From Candidatus Poseidoniales archaeon (GTDB taxonomy: Archaea > Thermoplasmatota > Poseidoniia > Poseidoniales > Thalassarchaeaceae), in NCBI GenBank assembly GCA_012964335.1, contig DTUF01000022.1:30195-94194 (forward strand): a stretch of 64,000 bases of DNA, read 5' to 3'. The notes under the pieces are model-generated. The model saw only the letters and a list, made by a program, of their open reading frames with translations, searched no databases and was not told where the DNA came from. The first letter of the stretch is position 1. The number at the start of each line of letters is the position of its first letter. Position numbers and translations under genes: made by a program. Positions 27,702 through 37,355 of the stretch are shown here, in pieces.

Positions 27702-28130
27702 TCAGCGAATTGGCTTCTCTTTACGGCCTCTAACCATCTCATTTAGTGAGACACCATTGACCTTGATTACCTTGAACCTAACTCCAGGGATATCTCCGTA
27801 TGAACGACCCATGCGCCCACCGATTCCCTCTACCATGACTTCATCGTGTTCATCAATGAAATTGATTGCTCCGTCACCAGGTGCGAAAGCAGTCAACTTA
27901 TTTCCAGTACGGATTAAACTGATTTTTACAGCCTTACGGATACCTGAGTTCGGTTGTTTGGCTTCAATTCCAACCTTCTCAATCACAATACCCTTGGCTT
28001 GTGCTGAACCACCTAGGGGATCAGACTTTTGTTTGAGCTTAAGAACCCGCTTTTTGTATCCACGATCCTTCCAGCGAAACCGCTGTCTATCTCGCTTCAT
28101 TTTCGCACCAGCAAAAAGTCCTCTACCCAT
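27702..28130 (-). CDS. rps12: 30S ribosomal protein S12 (uS12)
   Basis: 142 aa. [30 protein letters not shown] and the decoding-loop region are conserved. ATG start. Confidence 0.9.
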   Translation of the reverse strand: MGRGLFAGAKMKRDRQRFRWKDRGYKKRVLKLKQKSDPLGGSAQAKGIVIEKVGIEAKQPNSGIRKAVKISLIRTGNKLTAFAPGDGAINFIDEHDEVMVEGIGGRMGRSYGDIPGVRFKVIKVNGVSLNEMVRGRKEKPIR

Positions 28131-28279
28131 GGTTACACCTTGAAGCAGGCCGCCGTCCTACCTCGCATATATGAGTCCATCGGCATTGCATGCATAAGCA
28201 TAGCCGCAGGGCAACGATTGTAACGTGCTTCAAATATACGCCCCCAACCTTCAAGCGATGTATCTAAGTCGCCATCACA

Positions 28280-29545
28280 ATGGCATTCAGAGACCATCTC
28301 GATGGAGCAGTCAAGATTGAATCAATAAACCCAATTAATGAGATGAGATTACTAATTGAGTCCAACCCAAACGATGTAATAATGTTCACCAGTGTCGATG
28401 GCGCAGTAGGCCATTCAGCAGCAGCAAATGTATGTCTTAGGGATAATATGGTAAATCAATTTGGCATTCAACCTGCGGAGTTACTCAACACTCTAGAATG
28501 GGCAATGAATAACCGTTCAGAACCTGTAAAGTATCAAGGGGATGCACCTGTATTAGAGAATTCCATTGAACCTGTAGACCTAGGAAAATTGCCAATTCCA
28601 CATCACTACCCGCAAGACCGAGGCCGTTACATGTCAGCCAGTATTATCATAGCCGAACACGCTGGATTACGCAATGTATCCTTTCACAGACAATTTGTAA
28701 GAGATAAAAATCACTTAGTTGCTCGCTTGGTTCCTCGTCACCTCAGAACCATGGTTGATGAAGCAAGAGCACAGGGTGAAAATGTAAACATTGCAATTGT
28801 TAACGGGGCTGACCCTTGCCTTCTTTTAGCTGCTGCAATGTCCTTTAACGAACCAATTGATGAGCTCACAGTAGCGTCCTCTTTGTATCAGAAATTCTAC
28901 GGCAATGCAATGCAAGTTATCACTTTAGAAAATGGTGTAACAGTACCAGCAGATGCTGAGTATGCAATGTGTGCAACTATTACTAGCGAAGATGATGATG
29001 AAGGGCCGTACATTGACATTACTGGGACCATTGATGATGTGCGCAAACAACCTGTCATTGAAGTTCACTCTATCCACCATCGGAACAATCCTATATTTCA
29101 TGCAATTTTACCCGCCTTAGGCGAACACCATGCACTAATGGGTCTCCCCCGCGCACCGACTATTTTCTCTAGTGTTTCAAAAGTGTGTGATTGCCGAGAT
29201 GTTGTAATGACATCTGGTGGCTCCGGTTGGCTTGCTGCAGTGGTTCAGATTGTACCACAATCTCCAGATGATGCTAAAGCAGCAATAATGGCTGCTTTTA
29301 GTGGACACCCATCTATGAAATCAGTAACAATTGTTGATACAGATATTAATCCAACAGACCCTGTTAGGGTTGAGTGGGCATTAATGACACGATGGCAACC
29401 AGATAAGGACACGGTAATTCTGAGTAATCAGCGAGGCAGTAGCCTTGACCCTACCAGAACTGAGGATGGATTGACTTCAAAAATTGGTTATGATGCTACC
29501 ATCCCATTTGGTAGTGATAAGAAACCATATACTTCTGTACTATAG
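28280..29545 (+). CDS. UbiD-family (prenylated-FMN-dependent) decarboxylase, probable menaquinone/quinone ring decarboxylase
   Basis: MAFRDHLDG N-terminus (UbiD proteins start MA[FY]RDLR). Central IRNVSFHRQFV region. 421 aa. The futalosine pathway uses a UbiD-like MqnL. Confidence 0.6.
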   Translation: MAFRDHLDGAVKIESINPINEMRLLIESNPNDVIMFTSVDGAVGHSAAANVCLRDNMVNQFGIQPAELLNTLEWAMNNRSEPVKYQGDAPVLENSIEPVDLGKLPIPHHYPQDRGRYMSASIIIAEHAGLRNVSFHRQFVRDKNHLVARLVPRHLRTMVDEARAQGENVNIAIVNGADPCLLLAAAMSFNEPIDELTVASSLYQKFYGNAMQVITLENGVTVPADAEYAMCATITSEDDDEGPYIDITGTIDDVRKQPVIEVHSIHHRNNPIFHAILPALGEHHALMGLPRAPTIFSSVSKVCDCRDVVMTSGGSGWLAAVVQIVPQSPDDAKAAIMAAFSGHPSMKSVTIVDTDINPTDPVRVEWALMTRWQPDKDTVILSNQRGSSLDPTRTEDGLTSKIGYDATIPFGSDKKPYTSVL

Positions 29546-29595
29546 GTTACTCAATAATTGGGAAACTTCAATGGTGGCAACCATCAGAGCAGGCC

Positions 29596-30588
29596 ATGGC
29601 GAATAGTAGTGGCTCCTCATTACAACATCCTCGTCGTAGTCTAGGCAACAGACACCGGTCACAGGCCAAAAAGTTCCTTGCTTTAGCACAATCAACTCCC
29701 AAAATATCTGTTCAGAACTTAAAATGGGCAGAACAAAGTGCTCGACAAGCGGTGTTACATGATTTTACTCACGAAGAGAATTGGCGTCTATTAGCGGAGA
29801 TCAAAACATTAGCCGAAGACGAATTGGGTTTAAGAGCGGTTTTAGAAGATCTGTTTGCAGTATTAGGGAGAGACCCTGAACATTTACAACAGCTTGCAGA
29901 AGTAAATATGCTTGAACACGGTTTCTCATTGTTATCTGCATCGCTTACAGCAGACCCTCTTGACCCAGAGTATTGGGCACAATTAATATCTTCAGATTTT
30001 TTAGATGAATTAGAAAACAGATTCTTCCACTTAGATTTAAGCGACCCAAGAGCAAATGTATTGTTTGGAAGAAGATTAGAAAGGGTCAGAACTATTGATG
30101 AAGAATTATTTATTCGACTGGTTAGAAAATTACTCGCCCAGAGGCCTTTCAATCATGAAGCATGGATTGAACTAGGCCATTTACATGAGAAAAGACATGA
30201 ATATGACGAAGCATGGTTCTGTTACGACCAAGCCCAAACTCATTTCCCTCAAATTAATTCAAGAGATAAGTTCAGAACACGAATGGAGAAACGACTAGAT
30301 AGCCATGATTCTACATGGGCTAAGCCAGACAATAATAGCCGCGTTAGATTCCTAAAGAGAATGGAAGTTCTAGCTCTCAAAGTAGCAACTTCTACTGTTA
30401 GTGATGAAAAGATAGAATCTGAAGCAGAAGTCAATCTTGGAGATGAAGAAGAAAATATACGAACTTTATTAGAAAATGGAGAATATTCATCCGCATTCTT
30501 CCTAGCAAGAAGGTTAGTTACCAGCGGTGAAGAATGGGCAGCCACTTATCTTGCACAGGCCCAAGAACATCTTACTGATTCAACATAG
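29596..30588 (+). CDS. hypothetical alpha-helical (TPR-like) protein
   Basis: 330 aa, ATG start, predicted all-helical. 3' end overlaps the convergent gene by 17 nt. Confidence 0.35.
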   Translation: MANSSGSSLQHPRRSLGNRHRSQAKKFLALAQSTPKISVQNLKWAEQSARQAVLHDFTHEENWRLLAEIKTLAEDELGLRAVLEDLFAVLGRDPEHLQQLAEVNMLEHGFSLLSASLTADPLDPEYWAQLISSDFLDELENRFFHLDLSDPRANVLFGRRLERVRTIDEELFIRLVRKLLAQRPFNHEAWIELGHLHEKRHEYDEAWFCYDQAQTHFPQINSRDKFRTRMEKRLDSHDSTWAKPDNNSRVRFLKRMEVLALKVATSTVSDEKIESEAEVNLGDEEENIRTLLENGEYSSAFFLARRLVTSGEEWAATYLAQAQEHLTDST

Positions 30589-31504
30589 TAAGGACAGTTG
30601 CATCGGTCACCTCACCTGATTCTAGTATTTTGCCACTAAAATTTTCCAATCCAATCGCTCTTTCTGCTTCTAACAAGACAGCAATATCTGGTCTAGATTC
30701 ACCCTCAAACCCAAGATTCCAGTTATCACTACACCAGTCAACAACTTCCTTTAGGTCATCAGGATGTGCCCGGCAGGGTGGGTTTTCCCCTAATTCCCTA
30801 GGTGCGGCATTGCTAACTACTTCTGACATTCTAGGTGCTGAAACATCAATATTTGTAAGGCTTAAATCCATCCAAATTAATGCTGATTGGTGTGCAGATT
30901 CAAGCATTTCATTGTTTGAGCATGATTTGAATGCAACCCAGGCATGGCGTTGACTTGAAACATAATCCCCAAGTTCAAAAAGGATGCAAGAAATTTGTAA
31001 TCTACTAGTAGCAATTATCGGTTCTTTATGTGGCCCTTCTCTGTTAATATCTGAAAGAATTGCTAATGCCATAATACCTTCATTACGTGATGTGTGCCAT
31101 TCAGCGAGATTTAGGGTTGCAATTCCGTGGGCAATGCTTCCTTCCTCAAGTGCCTTTAATCGCTCCATAGCCCATCGTAAGTCAATTCCAGCCTGCTCTT
31201 CTTCACCAGCAGTAAAACGCAATAATCCCCATTCCATCCGTGCTCGAGCTTCAAGAGTATGATTGCGTTCAGTAGAACTACGACTTGCTTCAACACAATC
31301 TTTCAGATAATTTTGAGCATTATCGAACTCATTGTTCATTTGAGAAAAACGGAATTTGACGAAACAACATTCAGCATCAGAAAGCAAAGTTTGAATTTTC
31401 AGAGAAAATTTTTCATCACCAGCAATCATTGCAGCCTCTGCTAGCCCCAATTTGTCACTGAATTCCTGTATTGTTCCTTCAGATAAAGGATCAACACATT
31501 GCAT
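30572..31504 (-). CDS. hypothetical alpha-helical (TPR-like) protein
   Basis: ORF-track start 31642 is GTG and overlaps the DHH gene. ATG at 31504 gives a 28-nt gap after DHH. Helical repeat character. Confidence 0.3.
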   Translation of the reverse strand: MQCVDPLSEGTIQEFSDKLGLAEAAMIAGDEKFSLKIQTLLSDAECCFVKFRFSQMNNEFDNAQNYLKDCVEASRSSTERNHTLEARARMEWGLLRFTAGEEEQAGIDLRWAMERLKALEEGSIAHGIATLNLAEWHTSRNEGIMALAILSDINREGPHKEPIIATSRLQISCILFELGDYVSSQRHAWVAFKSCSNNEMLESAHQSALIWMDLSLTNIDVSAPRMSEVVSNAAPRELGENPPCRAHPDDLKEVVDWCSDNWNLGFEGESRPDIAVLLEAERAIGLENFSGKILESGEVTDATVLTMLNQ

Positions 31505-31532
31505 CTCATACAATTCGAATGCCGTGGTTACT

Positions 31533-32519
31533 TCAATCCCTCCTAATACCTGAGAGAGAGGAAATGAACCCAGAACGTGCAGTGATAGTTGGTACATCTC
31601 CAGACCATCCAGCAGCGCCAGAATGGCCGCCACCTTCACCACCTAATGTTGTGCATAATTCTGACATAATATTTCCAAGGTGAATTCCTGCGTTAACAGC
31701 AGTTCTACTAGCTCTACCAATTAATCTAGTCTCATTTTCTGCTCTCCTCACAACCAAAGCCACATCGGCTCCTGCTGCTAATAGTGAATGAGCTACAATC
31801 CCCTCATTGGTACTCCCTTTTGTGTGGAGGAGAAACCATTCACCAGCATCTATTGATTCTAACCTAGAAAGGGCTTTTGCAATAGCCATTTTTTGAGAGT
31901 GATTCAACTCCTCCTTTTCTATAGATTCGATAAATGTCGCATAATCAAGTGAATATTTGTTAATTAATTCTCCAGCCGCGATGAATGAACCACCATTTGC
32001 ATGTTTAAATCGGCCTGTATCTGTAATGATTCCAGCTAACAATAATGTTGCAGATTTCTCGTCCATGGCCAAATCAAATTGTTGGGCATACATATGAATT
32101 ATTTCCGTTGTAGAACTAACTTCCCAACAGATAAGCAGGTCTGTCTCGTTCCAATCAGTACCCCCTTGATGATGGTCAATTACACAAACAGGTATTCCTT
32201 CGGGGAATTGTAAACCTGTTTGTGAGTATGAAGCACAATCTACAACAATTATTCCCGCTAGTGTTCGTGGCCACATAGGTTTATTTGAATCCATTAAATG
32301 AAACGAACCACCAACTTGCTCTAGTACTCTTTTTGCAACCTTTGAAACATGTAACCCGCAGGCTTTTGCCGCTGGTCCTATCAAGGATGCTAGGCAAACC
32401 GCAGACCCAATGGTATCCATATCCCCATTTTTATGGGCAACTATAGCTATTGCACCATCATTTGACTTCTGTCTAACCCATTGATGTAACTGGGTGAGGT
32501 CATTTTCGGAAATTTTCAC
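31533..32519 (-). CDS. DHH-DHHA1 phosphoesterase (NrnA-like nanoRNase / pAp phosphatase)
   Basis: HKNGDMDTIGSA (DHH motif region) and GGGHSGAAG (DHHA1 GGGH motif). Apparent GTG start overlapping the prefoldin stop (TAGTG). Confidence 0.7.
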   Translation of the reverse strand: MKISENDLTQLHQWVRQKSNDGAIAIVAHKNGDMDTIGSAVCLASLIGPAAKACGLHVSKVAKRVLEQVGGSFHLMDSNKPMWPRTLAGIIVVDCASYSQTGLQFPEGIPVCVIDHHQGGTDWNETDLLICWEVSSTTEIIHMYAQQFDLAMDEKSATLLLAGIITDTGRFKHANGGSFIAAGELINKYSLDYATFIESIEKEELNHSQKMAIAKALSRLESIDAGEWFLLHTKGSTNEGIVAHSLLAAGADVALVVRRAENETRLIGRASRTAVNAGIHLGNIMSELCTTLGGEGGGHSGAAGWSGDVPTITARSGFISSLSGIRRD

Positions 32520-32839
32520 TATGAACCCTCAAACTGTTTTACCATCTGGTCGTATTGAGTTCGCAGGGTTTCTTCTTGATCTACTAACCTTTGTTCGTGT
32601 TCTTTCAGTGTCGTAATAGTCTTCTCAATGTCCTCGGATAATTTTCCCCTATCACTCACCTCTAGCAAAAGTGGACCGGATTGGCGATAAACCGCTCTGT
32701 CCTCTTCCTGTGTTGATAGGTGTTCAAGAGTGGCTTCAAGTTCCTTAATTTGGCCACTGACTGAGGCTACTTGTTGTGCTGAACTCTGTAATTCAGCCAC
32801 AACCATCTGCAATCTTTGGCGGATATCTTCTGTCACCAT
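32519..32839 (-). CDS. pfdB: prefoldin beta subunit
   Basis: 106 aa, two coiled-coil helices around a beta-hairpin (GPLLLEVS). Position after Pcc1 in the exosome superoperon. Confidence 0.7.
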   Translation of the reverse strand: MVTEDIRQRLQMVVAELQSSAQQVASVSGQIKELEATLEHLSTQEEDRAVYRQSGPLLLEVSDRGKLSEDIEKTITTLKEHEQRLVDQEETLRTQYDQMVKQFEGS

Positions 32840-32854
32840 CTCAATCCCTCATCT

Positions 32855-33103
32855 TCATCGGCTGCGGTTGACCTCAATAAGGGCCTCGGATGCAGCTTGG
32901 ATAGACCTAAGCGTGGTATTGAGTCGGGCTCTGAGGTCTGAAATGTTTTCAGCAGTTACTCGAACAGACAAAGAGGATGAATGGGTTTCAATCCCAACAT
33001 CTTCAGTTACTAAAGCAGCCGCTAATGCATTAACATCAACAGTTTGACTGAGAATGAGTGTGGCACTGCAGACATCACTCTTCTTCGCTACCATCATCAC
33101 CAT
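32855..33103 (-). CDS. pcc1: KEOPS complex subunit Pcc1-like (COG2892)
   Basis: 82 aa. C-terminal ISDLRARLNTTLRSIQAASEAL resembles the Pcc1 DL.ALRA.LNS.LR helix. Canonical superoperon position between L37ae and prefoldin. Confidence 0.5.
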   Translation of the reverse strand: MVMMVAKKSDVCSATLILSQTVDVNALAAALVTEDVGIETHSSSLSVRVTAENISDLRARLNTTLRSIQAASEALIEVNRSR

Positions 33104-33482
33104 CTCCTTCGGTGGTAATCTCTGCTAGTGGAGCATCTTCATCTTCTTCATTAAGAGCGCGCTCATATTCTATGGCAGCATTTTGTGCTATCAATGCCAT
33201 ATCGGTTGCAGTTGCTCCTTCAACGGAACGGCGTACAATCCTATTATTTGCATCAGATGCACGAGTAAATGGTTGCCATACTCCACCTGCAAATGTGTGA
33301 CCACACTTACGGCAAGCCCATATCCCAGGAGATTCGCGTCTAACCTTTTGATATTGACACACTGGGCAAGAATACTCTCTCTTCACCTTTCTTAGTGCGG
33401 ATGAGGCTCTGCGTCGGACACTAACACCGTATCTTGCGCCGAATCTTGCTTCGAGTCCTGCTTTCTTAGTTCGCTTTGCCAT
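33075..33482 (-). CDS. rpl37ae: 50S ribosomal protein L37Ae (eL43) with about 45-aa acidic C-terminal extension
   Basis: MAKRTKKAG...CPVCQYQKVRRESPGIWACRKCGHTFAGG C4 zinc ribbon. Ends with EDEDAPLAEITTEGDGDDGSEEE. 3' end overlaps Pcc1 by 29 nt. Confidence 0.85.
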   Translation of the reverse strand: MAKRTKKAGLEARFGARYGVSVRRRASSALRKVKREYSCPVCQYQKVRRESPGIWACRKCGHTFAGGVWQPFTRASDANNRIVRRSVEGATATDMALIAQNAAIEYERALNEEDEDAPLAEITTEGDGDDGSEEE

Positions 33483-33491
33483 ACAAACACC

Positions 33492-34271
33492 TCACATTGA
33501 ATCAACTAATTTTCTCAACTCGGAACATCGAACCTTAGCCGCTTCCATGATTTCTACAAATTCGCTCGCCGTGAACACTCCCTTTAATCCCTTCTGCAAA
33601 GAGTGAACGTGGTCACCTTCCCCAAGAGTGATGTGAATTCTCTCATCGCCCCCAACTTCCTCTTCTCTGTTAGAGTCATACACGAACCTACCGCCTACTT
33701 TCTGGTAAGAGCACATGATTGGTGTTTTGTTAACTGGGAATTTTCTATCTTCGCCAATATCAAACCGTTCACCAGGAAGGGTCGCATTGTGAAGCGCAGC
33801 AATCGCAGCCAATCCAAATGCATCGAATAAATTTCCGTCATCGCTGATTGCAAAACAATCGATGATTACCTGCCAAACTTTTTCGCCAGGAATAATGCAC
33901 AAATCTTTGGTGTCAATGCAACCTGATTCCCGAATTCCTCGGTCTACTACTCTACTCATCTCTATGCTTTCTGGACTTGGTGGTCCTGGTTCGATGTGAC
34001 GGCCGGCTCCTGGCCTCAATTCAGCACTTGTCATGAGTCCGCCTTCGTCAGGTCGATCAGGATAAGGGGTTTGAATTTGGAATTTTATCCCACAGAATAC
34101 GATGGTATCTCCCATCTGCACTCTTGCACTACCTTCTGCGCGGTCAAGAACTCCAACTTCCAAAGAAAGCTCTCGTCCTTCCCATCGACCACGGCCATCT
34201 GCTCTTTGGTCTCTTGATGCTAGTTCGGCGAGGTGGGTTCGTAGCAATTCAGGAACTAGGGGTTGAGCCAT
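33492..34271 (-). CDS. rrp42: exosome complex component Rrp42 (RNase PH-like, non-catalytic)
   Basis: RNase PH fold. ATG at 34269-34271 overlaps the rrp41 TAA stop (TAATG); the ORF-track start is further upstream. Superoperon order. Confidence 0.8.
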   Translation of the reverse strand: MAQPLVPELLRTHLAELASRDQRADGRGRWEGRELSLEVGVLDRAEGSARVQMGDTIVFCGIKFQIQTPYPDRPDEGGLMTSAELRPGAGRHIEPGPPSPESIEMSRVVDRGIRESGCIDTKDLCIIPGEKVWQVIIDCFAISDDGNLFDAFGLAAIAALHNATLPGERFDIGEDRKFPVNKTPIMCSYQKVGGRFVYDSNREEEVGGDERIHITLGEGDHVHSLQKGLKGVFTASEFVEIMEAAKVRCSELRKLVDSM

Positions 34272-35002
34272 TATTGCCCACCTCCGTATTTCTTCGCAAT
34301 TGCTTCCTTCATCAATACATGAATTTTGAGTGCGGCCTCCATATTGTAATCCCAAGCCTCTTGGAATTCAGAAGGTGATAGGTCTCCATCCATTTGTAGA
34401 AATACAAGTTCTCCACTGTTTGGGAGGACGCCCATTGGTAAATCCGCTGCCCCGTAATTATCTTCTTCCTTATTCAAGTCACAGACTACAATTCCGTTGA
34501 TTTTCCCGCTAGCCACGCTGACTACCATGTCTGTCATTGGTATACCAGCATCTGCTAGAGCAAGCGATGCAGCTGTCAACCCAACACAACGTGTTCCGGC
34601 TTCAGCACAAATCACTTCAATTTCAACTCGTATTTTACTTCGTGGATAAAGTTCCAGTAATACAACGGATTCCAAAGCATCTGATGTGACTTTACTAATC
34701 TCTCGGCTACGTCTGTTGAAACCTGGACGGAATCGGTCTGTTGTTGAGAAAGGGGCCATATTGTAACGAACGTCAAGAACCGCTCGTTCTTGGCGTTGAA
34801 TCTTCCTAGGGTGTGCTTCCATCGGGCCGTAAACTGAGGCGATTACGTAATTAGTACCCCAGCGCATACTAGCAGAACCGTCTGCCACTGGAACTACGCC
34901 TAGTTCAATTTCTATAGGGCGTATATCACCTGCTTTCCGGCCATCAACCCGATTGCCATTCTCATCTATCATTTGGACGTCACTGTATCCCATTTTCATC
35001 AC
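34271..35002 (-). CDS. rrp41: exosome complex exonuclease Rrp41 (RNase PH)
   Basis: GRKAGDIRPIEIELGV and TRCVGLTAASLALADAGIPM RNase PH motifs. 243 aa. Confidence 0.85.
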   Translation of the reverse strand: MMKMGYSDVQMIDENGNRVDGRKAGDIRPIEIELGVVPVADGSASMRWGTNYVIASVYGPMEAHPRKIQRQERAVLDVRYNMAPFSTTDRFRPGFNRRSREISKVTSDALESVVLLELYPRSKIRVEIEVICAEAGTRCVGLTAASLALADAGIPMTDMVVSVASGKINGIVVCDLNKEEDNYGAADLPMGVLPNSGELVFLQMDGDLSPSEFQEAWDYNMEAALKIHVLMKEAIAKKYGGGQ

Positions 35003-35703
35003 TCTCCATTTCCATTTGCTAGATGGCTAGCAAAAGCGCCAGCCAAATCTGTTGAATGTTCATTGTCTCGCACGAATGCCAATGCATTTCGTACTATTCG
35101 AATCCCCTCTGGTTCACCATCAACCCAAATTCTACCGTTTGCACCTAAGATTATCCTGCAATTGCTTGCGTCCTTAAGTTGGTTAATGATAGCATTTGAA
35201 CCACTGGAAATACTTCCGACAAGGTGTGGTGGTATTGTGTCAACGAATCCTGAGTTGACCTTCCTTAATCCCATACCTTTCATTGTTACAACAGAAGAAT
35301 GTGCCTCATCTACTTCTTGAACCCGGCATAAAATTGTGGTGCCGACATTCATTGCATCTCGAGTCCCTCCATAATCAATCTTCATCGGAGCCAAACTCAT
35401 AGGCAGGATTGCATTGAATGGTGCATTCAAGTCAATAAACCAGATATTAGATCTCATGCCTTCAATGTAGGCAATTACTAAATCACCTGGTCTAGGGAAG
35501 TAAGCAGTATGGATTGGAGTGATAGAAATTTCTCCGGCTTTTACAACCACATAACCAAGTTTGGTTGCAATCATTTCACCGTTCAATTTAATGACACCAT
35601 GACCAAGTCGGTCATTTGTATCTGAACTAATTTTATCGCCGGGTATCACCAGGCTGCCGGATGCAGCCGAAGTGCGCCCATCCGAGGCGCCACTACTACT
35701 CAT
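34999..35703 (-). CDS. rrp4: exosome RNA-binding subunit Rrp4 (S1 + KH)
   Basis: N-terminal domain plus S1 plus KH arrangement. ORF-track start 35757 is TTG; ATG at 35703. 4-nt overlap with the rrp41 start. Confidence 0.8.
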   Translation of the reverse strand: MSSSGASDGRTSAASGSLVIPGDKISSDTNDRLGHGVIKLNGEMIATKLGYVVVKAGEISITPIHTAYFPRPGDLVIAYIEGMRSNIWFIDLNAPFNAILPMSLAPMKIDYGGTRDAMNVGTTILCRVQEVDEAHSSVVTMKGMGLRKVNSGFVDTIPPHLVGSISSGSNAIINQLKDASNCRIILGANGRIWVDGEPEGIRIVRNALAFVRDNEHSTDLAGAFASHLANGNGE

Positions 35704-35775
35704 ATTTCTTCTCCGAGCCGGCCGACCGGACCATCCTCTATAACCGTTGCATAGCAAAAGGGTAATTGGGTTGGT

Positions 35776-36465
35776 TCACTTCATCTCTTTAACCACAACA
35801 TCTGAGGCTCTTTTCCCTACCTTAGCGATATAATCATTTTTCATCCCAGCAGGTATCTCTACTGTAAATGCCCAATCACCATTGGGCAACCAATCTTCAC
35901 GAAGGACATCTTCTCGAACTAAAGCAAAAACTGAACCATAATTGGTTCCTCCAACTTTGAACGCTAACTTGATGGTAGTAAACGAAATAGGAATAAGTTC
36001 CCTTATCATTGCGACAGCATCTTTGACTTGTTTTTCAACCGATTTGAACGGGTCGGCTTTGAATCTAGCTTCAATAAGAGCATTCTTAACTCTTTGAGGA
36101 GGATGTGGAAGTTTTGTTTGGGGATCAATTCCTAGCATACAAATGTCTGCGATCACCTGTCTTGTTTTCTCTTCTATCATCTTTTTCCGTTGGTCAGTAG
36201 TAAGTTGAATACTCCCTTCTAGGATGATTTTTTCTACACATGGTCCCAGTTCTGTTGTCCCAAACACGCCTTCCAATTTGTCACTGGTTGGTCTCTCCCC
36301 ATTCTTGACATCATGCCAAACTTCGTCAGTTGCCAATAAATCATCAAGTTCGATACTAGTTTGGTCATCTTTCCATTGGCGAACCAAGTCGGGATCTACC
36401 AACACTTCATACCGTTTCCCACCTTTCTCTAGACGGGCAATTACGGCGTCATCCATACTGACCAT
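35776..36465 (-). CDS. sdo1: ribosome maturation protein SBDS/Sdo1
   Basis: MVSMDDAVIARLEKGGKRYEVLVDPD matches the archaeal SBDS N-terminus (MVSLDKAVIARLKKGGERFEVLVDPD). 229 aa. Between psmA and rrp4, as in Methanothermobacter. Confidence 0.8.
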   Translation of the reverse strand: MVSMDDAVIARLEKGGKRYEVLVDPDLVRQWKDDQTSIELDDLLATDEVWHDVKNGERPTSDKLEGVFGTTELGPCVEKIILEGSIQLTTDQRKKMIEEKTRQVIADICMLGIDPQTKLPHPPQRVKNALIEARFKADPFKSVEKQVKDAVAMIRELIPISFTTIKLAFKVGGTNYGSVFALVREDVLREDWLPNGDWAFTVEIPAGMKNDYIAKVGKRASDVVVKEMK

Positions 36466-36521
36466 GAAGGCTGCTCCAAACTAAGCGAGTAGGGAGGATA
36501 CGCATAGCATCTTCGCAATAA

Positions 36522-37244
36522 TCACTCTTCATTTGGTGGTAACTTGTCAATATAGACTATGGTTTCTTCTTGATCCATCAATCTGAAACCATCTTTATTG
36601 AGAACTGCAATTTGTACTGCATTCTTGTTTAAATCTTCTTCCAAAGATGAGCGAAGTGCTTCTAATCCAAGTTTAATAGCTGCATTTTGAGTCATGTTCT
36701 TCCTCCATTTACTCTCAAAATATTCTACTACTGCATTTCTTCCTCTACCGACTGCCCCTGCGTGATAAGATTGGTATGCCCCACTAGGATCCGTCTCGTA
36801 TAGGTGAATACCATTGTCATCTACACCGGCGATTAAAAGTGCTGTTCCAAATGGCCTTGTGCCACCATACTGGGTGAATGACTGCTTGAAATTGCAGATT
36901 TTCTTTGTCAGAATATCAACTGGCACTTTGTCACTATAGGTAATCCGATTAATTTGACATTCTGCACGAGCCCTAGCAACCAATTGTCGGGCATCAGCTA
37001 CAAGTCCTGATGTCGCGAACCCTATGTGATCATCTATTTTGTAGACTTTGTCAATGGACTCGGGGATAATTAATCGACTAGCAATTCGTTTGTCAACAAT
37101 CAATAATACCCCACCTCGGTACTTCAATCCTACAGTTGTAGTTCCTCTTTTTACAGACTCTCTTGCATATTCAACTTGAAACAATCGGCCATCAGGGCTG
37201 AATGTTGTGATTCCGTGGTCGTATCCTCTTCCGCTTGGTTGCAT
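36522..37244 (-). CDS. psmA: proteasome subunit alpha
   Basis: ITTFSPDGRLFQVEYA proteasome alpha signature. 240 aa. Head of the exosome superoperon. Confidence 0.9.
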   Translation of the reverse strand: MQPSGRGYDHGITTFSPDGRLFQVEYARESVKRGTTTVGLKYRGGVLLIVDKRIASRLIIPESIDKVYKIDDHIGFATSGLVADARQLVARARAECQINRITYSDKVPVDILTKKICNFKQSFTQYGGTRPFGTALLIAGVDDNGIHLYETDPSGAYQSYHAGAVGRGRNAVVEYFESKWRKNMTQNAAIKLGLEALRSSLEEDLNKNAVQIAVLNKDGFRLMDQEETIVYIDKLPPNEE

Positions 37245-37355
37245 CTGCTCACCTAAGCCCCGCTGTTGGACGGACTCTTATGAACCTTGAGAACCGTCAT
37301 AAACAATCTAATGCATCGCCCACTTCTTTTTCACCAACCACATCATCCGACATTC

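Noticed and set aside
27495-28223. Plus-strand ORFs overlapping rps7 and rps12 (83, 184 and 64 aa)
   Set aside because: They are antisense to highly conserved ribosomal protein genes. The Ser/Pro-rich composition is typical of reverse-frame artefacts.
31533-31642. 110-bp overlap between the DHH phosphoesterase 3' end and the ORF-track start of the downstream helical protein
   Set aside because: The downstream ORF's most upstream start is GTG. An in-frame ATG at 31504 removes the overlap, so no programmed overlap or frameshift is needed.
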